From the NCBI RefSeq assembly GCF_963921235.1, contig NC_086097.1:229588001-229652000 (forward strand): a stretch of 64,000 bases of DNA, given 5' to 3'. The position numbers and the translations under genes are program-made. This DNA comes from Mobula hypostoma. Lineage: Eukaryota. Below the pieces are notes generated by a model. The model was not told the origin of the DNA. It made no database searches and saw only the letters and a program-made list of their open reading frames with translations. Positions 62,255 to 64,000 of the stretch are shown here, piece after piece. Numbering within the stretch: position 1 is the first letter of the stretch; every line of letters starts with the position of its first letter.

Positions 62255-62930
62255 TTCCACAGCAAAAGCTCTACTTTCCAAGGAGGCCAAAGATGGCTGG
62301 ACTATGCACATCTATATTCACATCATTCTATAGATGAGCAGTAGGGAGCATCTCAACAAGCTGCATCACTGCAGGGTACAGAAACTGCACTGTGGCGGAC
62401 CGCTAGGCTCTACAGTGGGTAGTTAAAACTTCCCAACGTATCACCGGCACCAGCCTACCCACCATCAAGGACATATATAGAGAACGTTGCTGGAAAAGGG
62501 TCAGTAACATCATGAAGGATCCCACCCACCCTGTTTGTCCCACCCCCATCAGGGAGGAGACTATATACCATCAACGCCAGGACCACCAGACACATCAAGC
62601 CATTACCTTCCTCAGGCAGTAAGGCTGATCAACACCTCCACCCGATAACCTGGCCTTCCATCTCGCCCTCAGCACAACAACTTTATAATTTCCTGTCAGT
62701 CACTTTATGTACAGTCCTGTGTGTAGCGTCTCTTTCTGGACGTACAATCAGTCTATGTACACAAGCTAGTTCATGTATTTATAATTACTGTGTTTTTTAA
62801 TCACTGTTCTTTAACCTACTGAATTGTTTTTTGTGTTGCATTGGATCCAGAATAAGTGATCTCAGTCCCGTTTATAGTTACGTACCGGAAATGACATTAA
62901 ACAATCTTGATTTGATTTGAAATCTTGAAC
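62255..62930 (+). mobile_element. Rex1/Babar-type 3' fragment, same family as 34220-35550
   Basis: Near-collinear match to 34980-35550. Confidence 0.85.
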
Positions 62931-63295
62931 TGAAAGAATTTCACGTTAATTAGACTCAAATAACAAATGGTCTCTACTGCCACCCACAGTCAATCTACTG
63001 GAACCACAAAGACATTTTTAAAAGTGCTATTATACAGCACTTATTGTTATATTATACAGCACTGTATCATTTTCAAAATGAAATTATTTTAAAGATTGTG
63101 GTGATTAATATTATTTAGTGAATAACTGACCAATTGTTGAAGTGTTTTTGAGAGGTTGGTCATGGCTATAAATCAACTCCTTCCTAAGCAAGGTCCTGGA
63201 TCCACTGCCATTTGCCTTTCGCCATAATAGCTCTACAGCAGACGCATTCTCACTGGCTCTCCACTTGGCCTTAGATCACCTGGACAATAGTAATA

Positions 63296-63335
63296 CAGGT
63301 TGAGTACCCCTTATCTGAAATGCTTGGGGCTTGAT
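63296..63335 (+). mobile_element. Tigger/pogo-like TIR fragment
   Basis: TA-CAGGTTGAGTACCCCTTATCTGAAATGCTTGGG resembles Tigger4/MER46-type termini (recalled). Confidence 0.55.
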
Positions 63336-63344
63336 ATATTTCAT

Positions 63345-64000
63345 AGAATATACAACATAGAAATTTACAGCACATTACAGGCCCTTCAGCCCACAATGTT
63401 GTGCTGACCATGTAACCTCCTTTAGAGACTGCCTAGAATTTCCCTAGGGCATAGTCCTCTATTTTTCTAAGCTCTATGTACCTATCTAAGAGGCTCTTAA
63501 AAGACCCTATTGTATCCACTTCCACCACCACCGGCAGTGCATTCCATGCACCCACCACTCTCTGTGTGAAAAACTTACCCCTGACATCCCTGACAGTGGG
63601 GTACTGCAAGGCTCAGTGCTGGGACCCCAGTTGTTTACAATATATATTAATGACTTGGATGAGGGAATTAAATGCAGCATCTCCAAGTTTGCGGATGACA
63701 CGAAGCTGGGCGGCAGTGTTAGCTGTGAGGAGGATGCTAAGAGGATGCAGGGTGACTTGGATAGGTTGGGTGAGTGGGCAAATTCATGGCAGATGCAATT
63801 TAATGTGGATAAATGTGAAGTTATCCACTTTGGTGGCAAAAATAGGAAAACAGATTATTATCTGAATGGTGGCCGATTAGGAAAAGGGGAGGTGCAACGA
63901 GACCTGGGTGTCATTATACACCAGTCATTGAAAGTGGGCATGCAGGTACAGCAGGTGGTGAAAAAGGCGAATGGTATGCTGGCATTTATAGCTAGAGGAT
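63345..64000. mobile_element. CR1 3' end (minus, to ~63590) abutting a plus-strand CR1 RT region that runs off the window
   Basis: QGSVLGP and FADDTK motifs on plus after 63590; 3' UTR text on minus before it. Confidence 0.88.

Overview
Eukaryotic, repeat-dense genomic DNA, most likely a cartilaginous fish (batoid). That is an inference from the CR1/Rex1/Penelope/HE1-like SINE repertoire; no database search was run. About three quarters of the window, by eye, is nested transposon sequence: several CR1 LINEs (three near-intact ORF2s), Rex1/Babar-type LINE fragments, two RTE LINEs (one full-length with a TSD and a 20-unit 51/52-bp array in its 5' leader), two Penelope-like families carrying hammerhead-ribozyme motifs, two Gypsy LTR elements, solo LTRs, SINEs and MITE fragments. 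Threaded through it on the minus strand is the 5' part of a multi-exon coiled-coil gene that the ORF track largely misses. It has a CpG/RFX X-box promoter at ~47.9 kb, phase-compatible exons down to ~0.9 kb and a clear minor-spliceosome (U12) AT-AC intron at 16628-16814. A second, weaker minus-strand exon cluster at 60.8-62.1 kb has one in-frame TGA. I see no prokaryotic system or CRISPR. The most interesting items are the U12-intron gene, the ribozyme-bearing fold-back mini-elements with long TSDs, and the array-bearing RTE.
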